The notes beneath the pieces were generated by a model that was given only the letters and a program-made list of their open reading frames with translations, was not told the origin of the DNA and made no database searches. Shown here piece after piece: positions 12,262 through 23,909 of a stretch of 64,000 nucleotides of DNA (the stretch's first letter is position 1; the number at the start of each line of letters is the position of its first letter). The stretch lies in assembly GCA_964106915.2 (NCBI GenBank), contig OZ066918.1. The stretch is one strand, 5' to 3'. Source of the DNA: Podarcis gaigeae (taxonomy: Eukaryota). Position numbers and translations under genes: made by a program.

Positions 12262-14949
12262 AGTGGGAGCCACTGTCACCAGGGTGGTTACCCACCTCCC
12301 CAGAGAAAGCTGTAGGAAGACAAATGTAGCTGCTATTGTGTTGTGACTACTTTGCTACATCCTCCTAGGCGGCTGCCAACACACACACACACCGCAAACA
12401 ATGGAGACACTCCCTCAGCATCCTGCACTTGAATTACTATGGGTAAGATGGAAAATACTTCTCTGTTCACAGCCCTCCCCAAACATTGAAAGCAAGCCCT
12501 CTTTTTTTTCATTGACTGCCAAGAGACCTACAAAGTTAATCTGTTTCAGCTCAGCTCTGCTTAAAACACTGAAGAAGATCAATTATAGTACATTACACAA
12601 GGAGATGGCTCTTCCTCTAACTGTAAGGCGAGCATGCTGGAACAGAGCCTGCGCTTTAGTCCTGAGTGAGAGCTAAGTCATTTAGCATCCCATAAAAGTG
12701 CTCAAGAGGTTTTAGAAGCAAATATATGCACTTCATGGCTTCAGTCTTGAAACTGCTCTGCCAGTACAAGTCTTGTTTACTTCAGTTAGAGAGCTGTAAG
12801 AATCCATTTGTCTTGAGTGAATTACTACAGTCAAGGCATAAATAACATTCTAGATTCTCTGTAATTATGACAGTGTGTGTCTTGTGCATGTGGGACTTTA
12901 ACCATAGCATTCCCCAGCTTAGTTTCCTACAAATACATCATATCTCCATGAATCATTTTCAGTATTTCAGACAAATTTATTATAAATGACAGATTTAGGG
13001 TACTGACAAGATTGCTAGCTTATTTCTCACCATTTTGATTTAGGAGGCAAAAATAGTCAAGTTTCACTTTAAATTCATCCAAGTTTGGATAATCAGGGTC
13101 TTTATCGCTTTGTGAATGAACTGAGAGCATTATGGAGAAAAAATATGATTTGTTACTGAAATGCTTCAGAATTGGCTATGGCTTTCAACTGCATTTCTTA
13201 TAATCAAGGTCTATTTAGGGTGAAGTTTTCTGTCTCCTCCATGTCTTATCTTCTCACCACTTCAAACTCTCTGGGCTTATCATCTGCTTTTGTAAAAAAA
13301 ACAACACAATGTCTTCATTCTCAAATAACCTAAATATCAGCCAATCTAGCCAGTGTTGCAGAAACTGTGGCTGTTATTAGCTTGTTTTTCAGACAGTGAT
13401 TTTCTCAATTACATCCTTAAAACTAGCTCTGGCATTTTGTTTTTATTTTCCTGTAATAGCTTGCATTCTCTTTGGAGGCTTGCTGGCTTCATGTATTCAG
13501 CAATTAACTCCTGGCTTCTTGCTGTTATGACAGTACTTTGTCTTTAACATGTTTTGCGAATACATCCTTAGGAAAACTATCTTAATTGGATGCTATTAAA
13601 CTCATTTTGACTGGAATACAGAGGGCTTCTATTAAGATATCTCTGTGCAATCATTGATTTGGTTTTAATAACTATAGTGTGAAGGTTGAGGGAGGTTAAA
13701 TAAGAATGCCTTCCATGTCCCAGAAAAGTCCTAAAATTGCCATTTGTCTTGACCTTTCTCTCTCCCCTACCTCAATACACCACACATATTAAGACTCCCA
13801 TCATTTATGAGATTATGAAAATTTATAACTTATTTCTCAGAATGCATTGTGGGTCCAATACCATTAGTATGTTATTGGTAGAAGGTATTCTTAACTTGCT
13901 CATCAAACACTCACCTTGTTTGGTGAGTATCCAGATTGCCAATTCAATGAATACATATGCCCTTGTAGTATGTCAATTTAGTTCCTGTATGCATTTGAAG
14001 GGCACTGAATTCCAGCAAGGAATGGTGCCCAAGTACTAAATCATTTAATAGCAGAGATAACAAACTGTATATGCTAAGAGTTTTTCCATGATTACCAGTG
14101 ATAAGGGAATACCAAAACCAACAGGACTTAATTAACAGTAATAATAGTAGAGCTAATGGTGATATTAGCTCCATAAGAAAGCTGCTGGATTCAAAGACAT
14201 CAAGCTGTTTTCAAAACTCTGACGACTCTGTAATTTTTCTGAAGCAACTACTGAGGTGCAAGTATTGCCTAAGAATTTTTCCATCCTACAGAAATAGTTT
14301 GCATATAAATATCAAAATAGCTTGTTTGCTTTTAAATATCAGAATGGTTTGCTTACAAATATCAAAATGCTAATTAAAGCACAAGACGGTGCTGGGGAAT
14401 AATTGCCTACATGAAAGTCAACAGCGAAGAATGTCAAAATACAACATTTTAGCTATTTGGAACTAATGTGTGTGGAATTTCTAGAATGGAAATGGTACAT
14501 GGGACCCTCCCTGTGTGCTGTGACCTTCAGGCCTGTTCTAAAACTATACTTTGCTCAACTATTCTGTTGTTATGAATGGTGTTATTTATCTGGTTAGGTC
14601 TATTCTTTCACATTTTCATTTTTAGCTCAACTACATTGTCTTATTATTTTAATATTAGTATTTCAGGAATTTATAAGACTTTCCTTGATAAATTGCAATC
14701 GGAATTTATGCAATAAAACAGAAAGCCAAACATTCATAGCACATTGCTCCCAAAATTAGTATAATGGCTATTTATGGGTTTCTGGGTGCCAGAATTGGCC
14801 TAGGGAGGGTTGAGCCAATGTGCTGCCCTCCAGATGTTGTTGGACTACAATTCCCATCAAATCCAGTCAGGACATCAATGGCTGGAGTGGTGGGATCTGT
14901 AGTTCAGTAGCTTGAAGGCACCATGTTGACTACTCCTAATTTAGAGAAA

Positions 14950-16130
14950 TAACAGGGTGGGGACGAAAGACCCCTTGAAACATACAACCAAGAAAGGAAA
15001 AGTTGTTAGGATGCACACACATACACCACTGGAGGATTTGGAATGCAAGCAATTGCAACTTAGGGGTTTACGCTGGAAAAGTGACAATTGCTTTGACAAG
15101 TGTATAAATTTGAAAAACTGCAGCTAATCATTCATAACTTTGTGAGAGAAAGGACAGCTACAGATTGAACCACAGCAATTTTTGAGACGGGTGGAGGCAG
15201 ATTGATATAAGATAGACAAATAGTCCTTGAGACAGGATGAAAGACCATGCAAGCCAAGAAAGGGTATAGAAGGAAAATAAGAAAAGGGATAAAGAGGGGG
15301 AAATGTGTATCTCAGCAAAATAAAAAGGAAGAAAATAAGGCAATGGAAGTTATCACGAGCAAATTAGCATAGCCCATTAGTAACAGTTTGAAATAGGAAG
15401 AACTTAAGCAAGGAGAAGTGAAAGATATGAATGTAAATGATAAAGAAGAAATCCCTGTGAGAGAGAAAATATCTCTTGACAGCAGTGCTTAAGTTGAAGA
15501 AATGGAACTGGAAGGAATTTATAAAGTTAATAGAATTCACTATTTACTCTCAAAAATGTAAGAGCATGCTCACATTACCTTTAACTAAAAGGCAGGAATA
15601 TACAACGCAAAAGTAGTGAAAAGGGAGGGAAAAAATTTCAATTTAATTTAACTCAAAATACAAGAATAATAGTCCAAAACAGGTTCACATAACGTTATGT
15701 GGAAAAAGAAATAATGAATGAATAATGAAATAATATTGAAAACTATATTGTCAAACAAAGAAAAAATATCAATAAAATTACAGAAGAGTTGTAAAATGCA
15801 GTGAAAGAAACACAAGGAAACAATGTATAAATGTAACACACATACCCAAAAAGAGGGGAAATCTATATCCAGTCATCAAAGCTTGTTATTAACATACCTG
15901 TCCAAAAGGAGAAAGCATTGAGCAAGACATGGTTTTTGAATCACATAATAGTACACCAATGCTATTGGACCCAGACAATTTAACACTGGAATTCTGAATG
16001 GATCATTTGGTTGTTTGAAAAATTATAAAGAGCTATTTTAAAAAATGCAAAGAGAAAGGTAAGTCTTTTGGCATAATATATTGAATGGAAAAACTATGGA
16101 AACAGCAGTATATTGATGCCTTTCCAATCT
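14950..16130 (+). mobile_element. Old, heavily decayed L1-like 5' region (ORF1/EN remnants)
   Basis: Long A-rich, purine-biased stretch with broken coding-like segments and no intact ORF. Confidence 0.35.
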
Positions 16131-18095
16131 AGGCAGATGTTTGCATACATCTGTGCATTTGAGTATTGTTTGTGTGTTGGGGGTGGGAACAAAAAATGAT
16201 ATATATGAAGCTTTCATCTACTCACCCAAAAGTGTCTTGCATGACAGTTAAGATTCCAGATTTTTAAAAAAGTGACACCTTGGGAAATCATGTTTTAGCA
16301 AATGAGCCTGCAGCCAGCCCACAAAATCTGATTCAACTACCAGAAGCACAAATAGCACAAGAGGTGGAAATATACTTTTGGCTTTCTGTGCAAAGGCAGA
16401 CTGTTTGAAATGGCTGAAGAAATCCTTTATACAGTTGATTGCAAGAATGGTAGCGCATAAACACATTTCTTGGGTGCTCTAGGAAGTTGTGAGGAAACTA
16501 TCAAACTTTGTTGCACGTAATGCATGACGAAGGATGAACTGCATTTCTGTGAGTTTGACTGGGATAGCTGAACTGGTTTTAGTGGGACTGAGTTAACAGC
16601 TATTTAAAAGGGAAGTGAGGGGCCAAGGCATGTGAAAGTTGCTGCCCTTTGCAGTCCTACCCCCAGCTGAGATTACCTGAGTTGCCCTATCAACTTGCCA
16701 CGAAACCTTGCGGTTCTGCTGTTAATGCCAGGTTGATCCATAATGAAACACCTACGTATCCAGGACTCAATCCTGGATAAGGAGGTTTACCTGTCCTGAA
16801 TCATCAAGTGCTGGCTGAGTAAATTTGAGAAGCAGATTTCACTCAGCTTTGTCCACCCAGTTTCTTGGGGCATCATCAGTGTGTGTTCCAAGGCTAGGCA
16901 GAGGTAGGACCATTGTGATCTGTAGAGATTTAATTCATCCAGCCTCGCTCGGTCAACCACATGATCTGCACATGCAACTAGGAAGTCTTGGGCAGATTGG
17001 GCGACTGGTCTTGTTAATGCACTCCAGCTCCCACAGGGTGTGTTCATAGTATGTGTGATTGACATGTTCTATAGCCTTTTTCACTAATAGCAACTTTTTT
17101 ATCTGTCAAGCTTTTACTATAAATGTTATCCTTTCCAGCATGTCTGTGAACCATTTTCTGGAGTTTGGATATGCCAAAGTGGTGTCTGAACTGGACAAGG
17201 AAAGTATAAAACTTGCAAAGCCAACCTGCTTACTTGAATCACAATAAATCTATTGTTTAGGCACTGCAGTTGTGCTTGAATCTGACATATTTATATTGTT
17301 CTTAGTACAAGGCTTCTGGGGCTTTGAGAAGTGGTTAGCTTGGCAAGATAACTGGATTCCCATCAATCAAGCTTGATATATTCCATTAGAGATACAAAAT
17401 CTCAGTGGTCAATTTTATAGCCCTGATAATTATATTCTATGCAAAACTGAGTTACCAAGGATGCATTTATCAATCATAAAAATTAATTATTTCGTGATAT
17501 ATATCAGTTAGATATGTGAAGGATATATGTTGATGTGAACAAGCCAAAAGCACAATCTATGTTTAACTAACAGAGATGTTTTGAACTTTCTCATACTTGC
17601 CTCCAAATTAATTGCTGCTTTATATACGTGGCATAATAAATAATGACAATGCTTAGAACTTGCACAATGACTGGTCATATTTCTGAAAATCCCACAAAGT
17701 ACATACGGGAGGTGGGAAACAGGGGAACAAAAGTTGCTGGCATAACTCCAATGAAGTTACTAGAGTTATTATTAATCAGCACTTTCATTTCATGAAACAC
17801 AGATCACTCACTATGCCCACATTAAGATTTTTGGTGTTTGAGGGAAAGGGAATGAACTGAGTGAAAAGATGTTGGTAGGAACTGGGTGGAAACAGTGGAG
17901 ACTTTGGGCTCTCAGATTTCAGTGGTGCCCTGTGTGATGCTAAAATTCACACACACACCCGTCTCTCACACTCTGTTCTACAGCATTGTTGTGGCACTCC
18001 CTGCAGCATGGCACACTGGCCATTCCACCCTAAAACTGCCTCTGGTGAGGCGTTGGCTGCCATCTATAGTATAAAAGTTAATTGTGGTGAATATT

Positions 18096-19065
18096 TCATA
18101 GAATCATAGAATCAGAGTTGGAAGAGACCACAAGGGCCATCGAGTCCAACACCCTGCCAAGCAGGAAACACCATCAGAGCACTCCTGACATATGGTTGTC
18201 AAGCCTCTGCTTAAAGACCTCCAAAGAAGGAGACTCCACCACACTCCTTGGCAGCAAATTCCACTGTCAAACAGCTCTTACTGTCAGGAAGTTCTTCCTA
18301 ATGTTTAGGTGGAATCTTCTTTCTTGTAGTTTGGATCCATTGCTCCGTGTCCGCTTCTCTGGAGCAGCAGAAAACAACCTTTCTCCCTCCTCTATGTGAC
18401 ATCCTTTTATATATTTGAACATGGCTATCATATCACCCCTTAACCTCCTCTTCTCCAGGCTAAACATGCCCAGCTCCCTTAGCTATTCCCCATAAGGCAT
18501 CATTTCCAGGCCTTTGACCATTTTGGTTGCCCTCCTCTGGACACGTTCCAGTTTGTCAGTGTCCTTCTTGAACTGTGGTGCCCAGAACTGGACACAGTAC
18601 TCCAGGTGAGGTCTGACTAGAGCAGAATACAGTGGCACTATTACTTCCCTTGATCTAGATGCTATACTCCTATTGATGCAGCCCAGAATTGCATTGGCTT
18701 TTTTAGCTGTCGCGTCACACTGTTGGCTCATGTCAAGTTTGTGGTCAACCAAGACTCCTAGATCCTTTTCACGTGTACTACTCTCAAGCCAGGTGTCACC
18801 CATCTTGTATTTGTGCCTCTCATTTTTTTTGCCCAAGTGCAATACTTTACATTTCTCCCTGTTAAAATTCATCTTGTTTGTTTTGGCCCAGTTCTCTAAT
18901 CTGTCATGGTCATTTTGAAGTGTGATCCTGTCCTCTGGGGTGTTAGCCACCCCTCCCAGTTTGGTGTCATCTGCAAATTTGATCAGGATGCCCTTGAGTC
19001 CATCATCCAAGTCATTGATAAAGATGTTGAATAAGACCGGGCCCAAGAAAGAACCCTGTGGCACT
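18096..19065 (-). mobile_element. CR1 LINE 3' fragment (RT C-terminus + 3' UTR)
   Basis: ORF 18483..19064 has [27 protein letters not shown] and [15 protein letters not shown]. It continues after a frameshift as GMFSLEKRRLRGD. The tail is (GATTCTAT)n, read as tcatagaatcatagaatc on +. Confidence 0.95.
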
Positions 19066-20826
19066 TTGAAGAACTGAAGGTTGCTGTGCTTTTCTTTTTT
19101 ACGCTGTATACTACTATTACTCTAACTGTGAGAGTTCATCTCTTTCTTGTTTAGAGTGATGGGTTTTTTAAAATCTGAAGACTTATGAGATAGTGTGAGA
19201 GACAAATTAGGATGAAAAGGACAGAAAAATGTGAAATAAACATACTGTAAATCAGAGAACGACATATCAGCCCTGTGGAGTATACTCTGTCTTTTGCTTT
19301 TTATTGGCATCCTGTGGTCCATCAACGAGAGTTAGGGGCAAAACTGTGGCTCAAGCAGGCAGACATATGCTAAGATTTAAGGAAGGGTGTGCCTCTGAGC
19401 GCATGTGCAGCCAAGGAATTTGTGAGCAGTACCAGAACCAAGTTCACAAGTCCTTTCACTCCTTTCACCCCACTCCTGTTTTTTCTCCTGATTCCTCCCC
19501 CCCCCCCCCGGTGGTGGTGGTGGTAGTGGTAGTGGAAGGATCTATCAGAAAATTTCTATCCATCTTCTTCCCACCCCTGCTATAAATCAACAGTACATAA
19601 TTTGATGGAGCCCTATAGCAGAGTCCCACTAACTGTTCCTGCTAGACCCTGACATGTTCCTGCTTTCTTAGTTCTAGTCTAGCCCCCTCTCTCTGTGCCT
19701 GCTACATCGATGCATTATTCTATCCACCCCATCTGGCCTATTTGCATTGTTTCTTCTCCACATATTTGCAACAAACTTGTCCATCCCTCCATGGTACTGG
19801 CGAGCCTTGTGTCATTGCTCTGCCTGTAGCTTAATGGGCTGGGATGGCAAGCTATACTTCACACTTCCTAGTTAGAGACAAAGGGAAACAACAGAACCAG
19901 GGAATACTGAGCCCCTCCTCTCTTTGTAGTAGAGAACCCCCTTTGTCCAATTATTATATTACAACCCAGCCAATTAATCCAAGTATACTGGGGTGGGGGG
20001 GTGGGATAATTTTAAATAGACTGTTTGAACCTTGGGCTGTAAATAGATGGTGTTAAACACAAAGGCATTCATCAGCACTGAGCACCCTTTTATAAAGGAT
20101 TTCACTGCTTATAAGGTGATTTTTAAAATCCACATATTCATTCACTAATGATGAACTAATTAATACTTTCCAGTCTGGTAATTAATTATCTTAAGTTAGT
20201 GCATTTCAACAATCTTCAGCAGGAAGTCCCAGAGAAGTTATCATTCTTATAGTATCATAAAGACACTTCTATATTAAAGTGATACCTCAATTGTATTGAA
20301 TACCAGACACAATGATGCAATGAAACATCCTGACTAGCCATTTTTCTAGCTCCCCCCAACTATCTGGCCAGATAAATGAAATGTTCAACATCCCTGAGAA
20401 CTGTGATTTTTTGTTTGAATATATGAACTCTAGATTTACATATCATTTATGAGGTGCCTAAGTTTGAAACATCTGGTCTCTATAGCTGATGTCTTTATAA
20501 CATACAACGATGAGGGAGGTTAGCTTCCTGTTCTGTTTCCATTTTAATTTCTGACTTGACAACTACAGCACATATTATAGTAATAATATCTCTGTAGTCA
20601 CATATGAAACCATTTCTTCTTCCAGCACTGAAAGGTGTGAGATGAAAAGATTCTTGAAATTGGACAGCTGCAAAGTTTTAAGTGCTACTTTTAAGCCAGA
20701 ACTGTCCCCATCATGCTTTCAGAAACACTAATAATATATAAAGCCTTGACATCCTTCCGACAACATTTTCCTGAATCTCAAATTGCTCATGCATTAGAAA
20801 TTTTCTTAAAAGGCTCTGAAGTATAT

Positions 20827-20960
20827 GGGGAGGGCCATTTCTCAATAGTAGATTACAATCTTTGAGCTACACACAGTAGTTCCTGGTTCAGCACCAATTC
20901 TCCAGTTTAAAAGGAACTCAGGCTGGGGAAGATTTCTCCCTGGAACCTTAGAAACCTGCT
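20827..20960 (+). mobile_element. Degenerate tRNA-derived Squam3-like SINE
   Basis: ggggagggccat..ctca.t.gtaga head, a decayed B box, and an aggctggggaagat...ccctggaacctt..a...ctgct body. Confidence 0.55.
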
Positions 20961-21804
20961 AGCACCCCTTTGAGGACCAGGGACACATTTTGAATTTTGA
21001 GAGTGCGCTGTGGGTGAAAGTCACAAAAATGGCTTGTGGTGGGCATGGCATAACACAAATTACAGGAAGTGCAGTCATTTCTGCTCCCCCCGCACAACCT
21101 AATGTTTACCATGGAAAGTCAGCTATATTCTGCTGGTCCCGATTGTAGAGCTACAGCTGTTTGCTCCAATTCTAATCTTAAATCAAAGCCTAAATTGCCA
21201 TTAGGTACCCGCTTACTGGGAGTAAGCCCCGTCAAACACAAATACTTAATTCTGAATCAGATATGTATACCATTGTACTGTAAGTGATATTACATCAATC
21301 CATCTGTTCCACAGAACAGAATAGTTGTACAGCTAAGTCAAGAGAGTCCTTTTAATCATAATGTGTACTTTCTGCATATAACAATTCATATAGCGTTGTT
21401 ACAGAACAAGACAAAACAAGTAGCTGATGTTAAGAGATGTACATAAGTTTTTCTATTATACAAGGGATTTTGAAACAGCGACCCTCAACAACAGTAGTTG
21501 TTGGACTACAAATCACCTCTGACCATAGGCTCCGCTGGCTTAGGAAGATGGAAATTGGTGTCTAACAACACTTGGAGAGCCCCAGGTTGCATATCCATGC
21601 ATTATACAACAGGTAAAAGTATTTAAAAAATCAAGAGCTGAGGTCAAATTCTTCTCTTGGGGCAAGAAAAAGGTTTTGTTTGCTACTCTATTCTCGTCTC
21701 TCTCAAGAAACAGATGTGGTTAATAATAACCACAGTTGATTTAACCAGCCAGCTTCAGAAACTATTGTTTGAAGGTGGCTTGTTTTGAACACACCATATT
21801 TAAT

Positions 21805-22520
21805 GTAGTACCTCTGGGGGAGAGCACCTCTTGCTCCTTCTGGGGTAATTTGTCTTCCTTTGGTCCCCACCATGCACTCAGCTTTCACCTATGACTCTTA
21901 GAAGCTGTCAGTATGCGATAGGGCACACCCCAGGGACAGCTTCAACTAGCTGACTAAATCAGGTGACAGTAGCAGATGGGTCTCAAACCCTCGGTAGTTA
22001 GGGATTTACCTTATATTTGAAGACAAGCTCTGGTGGATTGAGTGGATGAGATTAATAGTGGGTCCAATGGTCAATGTGGTGGTTACTGCATGTTCTGTAG
22101 AGGGAAGTGGGGCAGATGGAGCTCATCAACCTGGGAAGGTAGCTCATCTAGCAGAAGGAAACTTTGATTCTATACCTCTGCTGCCTTGTGGAATACCTTT
22201 GGGAGAAGAAAAGGCTAAGGAGTAAACTACACAAATCTGGAGTGAAGCCCCTAAGAAGGCTGGATGGTGCCTTGTACTCCTCCTTTTGGCAACTCCTGCA
22301 GCCAAGCTGGTGCCAGAACTATTGCTCTGCTTTCCTTTGAATCACATCAGTAAGGTCAAGAGGGACATCTTGTTGTCTTGGCAGTTCACAACTTCCAAAC
22401 TCACTTCCCAGACTTGTGCCCTGGGAGGTTACTTCAGTGCTGCCAATGCAGCAGTTTGACTTCACCCCCTGGAGTGCACTCCATTGTCTCTTGAGACCGA
22501 CAGATGCTGCCACCACCAAC
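21805..22520 (+). mobile_element. Non-autonomous RTE/Vingi-related retroposon (degenerate)
   Basis: Internal motif gc.catctag.agaaggaaact.tgatt..a.acctctgctgccttg.gg, a 3' stem-loop gtctcttgagac and a (CCA/CAA)n tail. Family assignment is from memory and uncertain. Confidence 0.45.
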
Positions 22521-23399
22521 AGTTTATCAGTCTAGATTTCATTTGAAGCTTTAATAATGGAAATAAAAGTTTCTGAACTCCTTCTCCCAGCTATGCAGAA
22601 GAAAGGGAGGGGAGAGCTCAGAGGTTGTTCATATCTTGCTAAACCATATGTGACATCTGAATGTGGCCATTTTTTAGGTTATATGACATGAAAAACGTCA
22701 GAACATGTCAACAATTAATAGTCTTCACTGGCTGCAGTTTTAGCATCTGTTTGGTAGCTGCATAAAATACTTTCTGGGTCTTTCAGTTAACAATCAAGCA
22801 CACAGTATCTGTAAAATATAGGGGACTCCTGTGTATCATCACTATTCTGCATAGCCTGAAGCTGCACATCCTGGAAGCATACAATATATCAGCATTTTGA
22901 CTTATGTGATGTAAATTGCTCATTACCAAAATCAGAAGCCACCTTTTCACCCTGCACCGTAAACAGTTTACTTCAAAAGTTTGCACAAAAATGACATGGT
23001 TCTGGAGTTCAGCCAGTTTTTCAAAGAAGTCCCTAAATGGTAACTTCATGTGTTTGTTATCTATCTTGAAAACTTTTTGCTTTTCCTTTGATGGCACTGG
23101 GATGTTCATATCAAAAGAAGGAAAAGCAAACCAAGAATTCATGGAACTAAAGAAAGCTTATCCCTGTAAATTGCTTAAGGGCCTGCCTGAGGAAACTGGT
23201 TCTACTTGAAACAACATTTTCCCCCATTCATGAATTGGTTTTCTTTACAATTTTGTATCAATTTCGTTTAAGATAGTGTTCTACCTCAGACCGGTGTAGC
23301 CTAGACAAATATGTCACCTTGGTAGTTCGGGAAAAGTGTAGAGATATATAAATATTTTAAAGTACCCCCCAAAAAGTTTGATGTGTTTTGTATAATGCA

Positions 23400-23900
23400 G
23401 AGCAGTCTACACAAGCCCAAGTGGAACCCGTTTTAACGACCTTTGATCGGCAACCTGGCTGTACACGGCCTCGGGATGTCAAGCCTGGGCAGGATATAGT
23501 GAAAGATTCGACAACCCTCTGGTCAAACTCAGAAGCTGTGGCAAGACTGAATGCTCTTTTGGAGGCAAACCGAAAAGGATGTCTTCCACCTGCCTTACAC
23601 TGCATGTTCCCTACAGCAACCGCTGACCCAAAAGGCCCACCCCTCTCAATTTTAGAGCATACCTTAAATGCAGAGTCTATGGACCTGTCGCTAAGTGATA
23701 CCCCCGTGCACCAGAACCCATCCCCGCAGCCACCAAAAATTAAGCCTCAATCCATGGCTGCTGCTGCTGCGGTAAGTGGTGTTTGGAAATTGCTGAGTAA
23801 GTAAGCTACAATTACTTCCTTCTTCCAGCCTATTGCCCCCCCTCGCCGCACGCATTCCCAGGTGGATTCTGCCGTGTCGGCTCCACAAGGCCCGGCATGA
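23400..23900 (+). pseudogene. 3' part of LINE ORF1 (5'-truncated, one internal TAA at 23802-23804, terminal TGA at 23898-23900)
   Basis: Frame is open from the insertion boundary (ORF track 23388..23804) and continues after the TAA as ATITSFFQPIAPPRRTHSQVDSAVSAPQGPA* in the same frame as ORF2. Confidence 0.65.
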
Positions 23901-23909
23901 CTCGATGGG

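Noticed and set aside
16500-17270. Possible solo LTR (TATA-like and aataaa motifs)
   Set aside because: Could not identify TG...CA termini with a matching TSD. The same applies to LTR-like stretches near 48450-48800, 51800-52400 and 53800-54650.
22783-23209. Overlapping ORFs, or an alternative terminal ATRNL1 exon starting at ccatttag|GGACTT (minus strand)
   Set aside because: Poor pyrimidine tract, no similarity to the expected ATRNL1 last exon and no recognisable domain.
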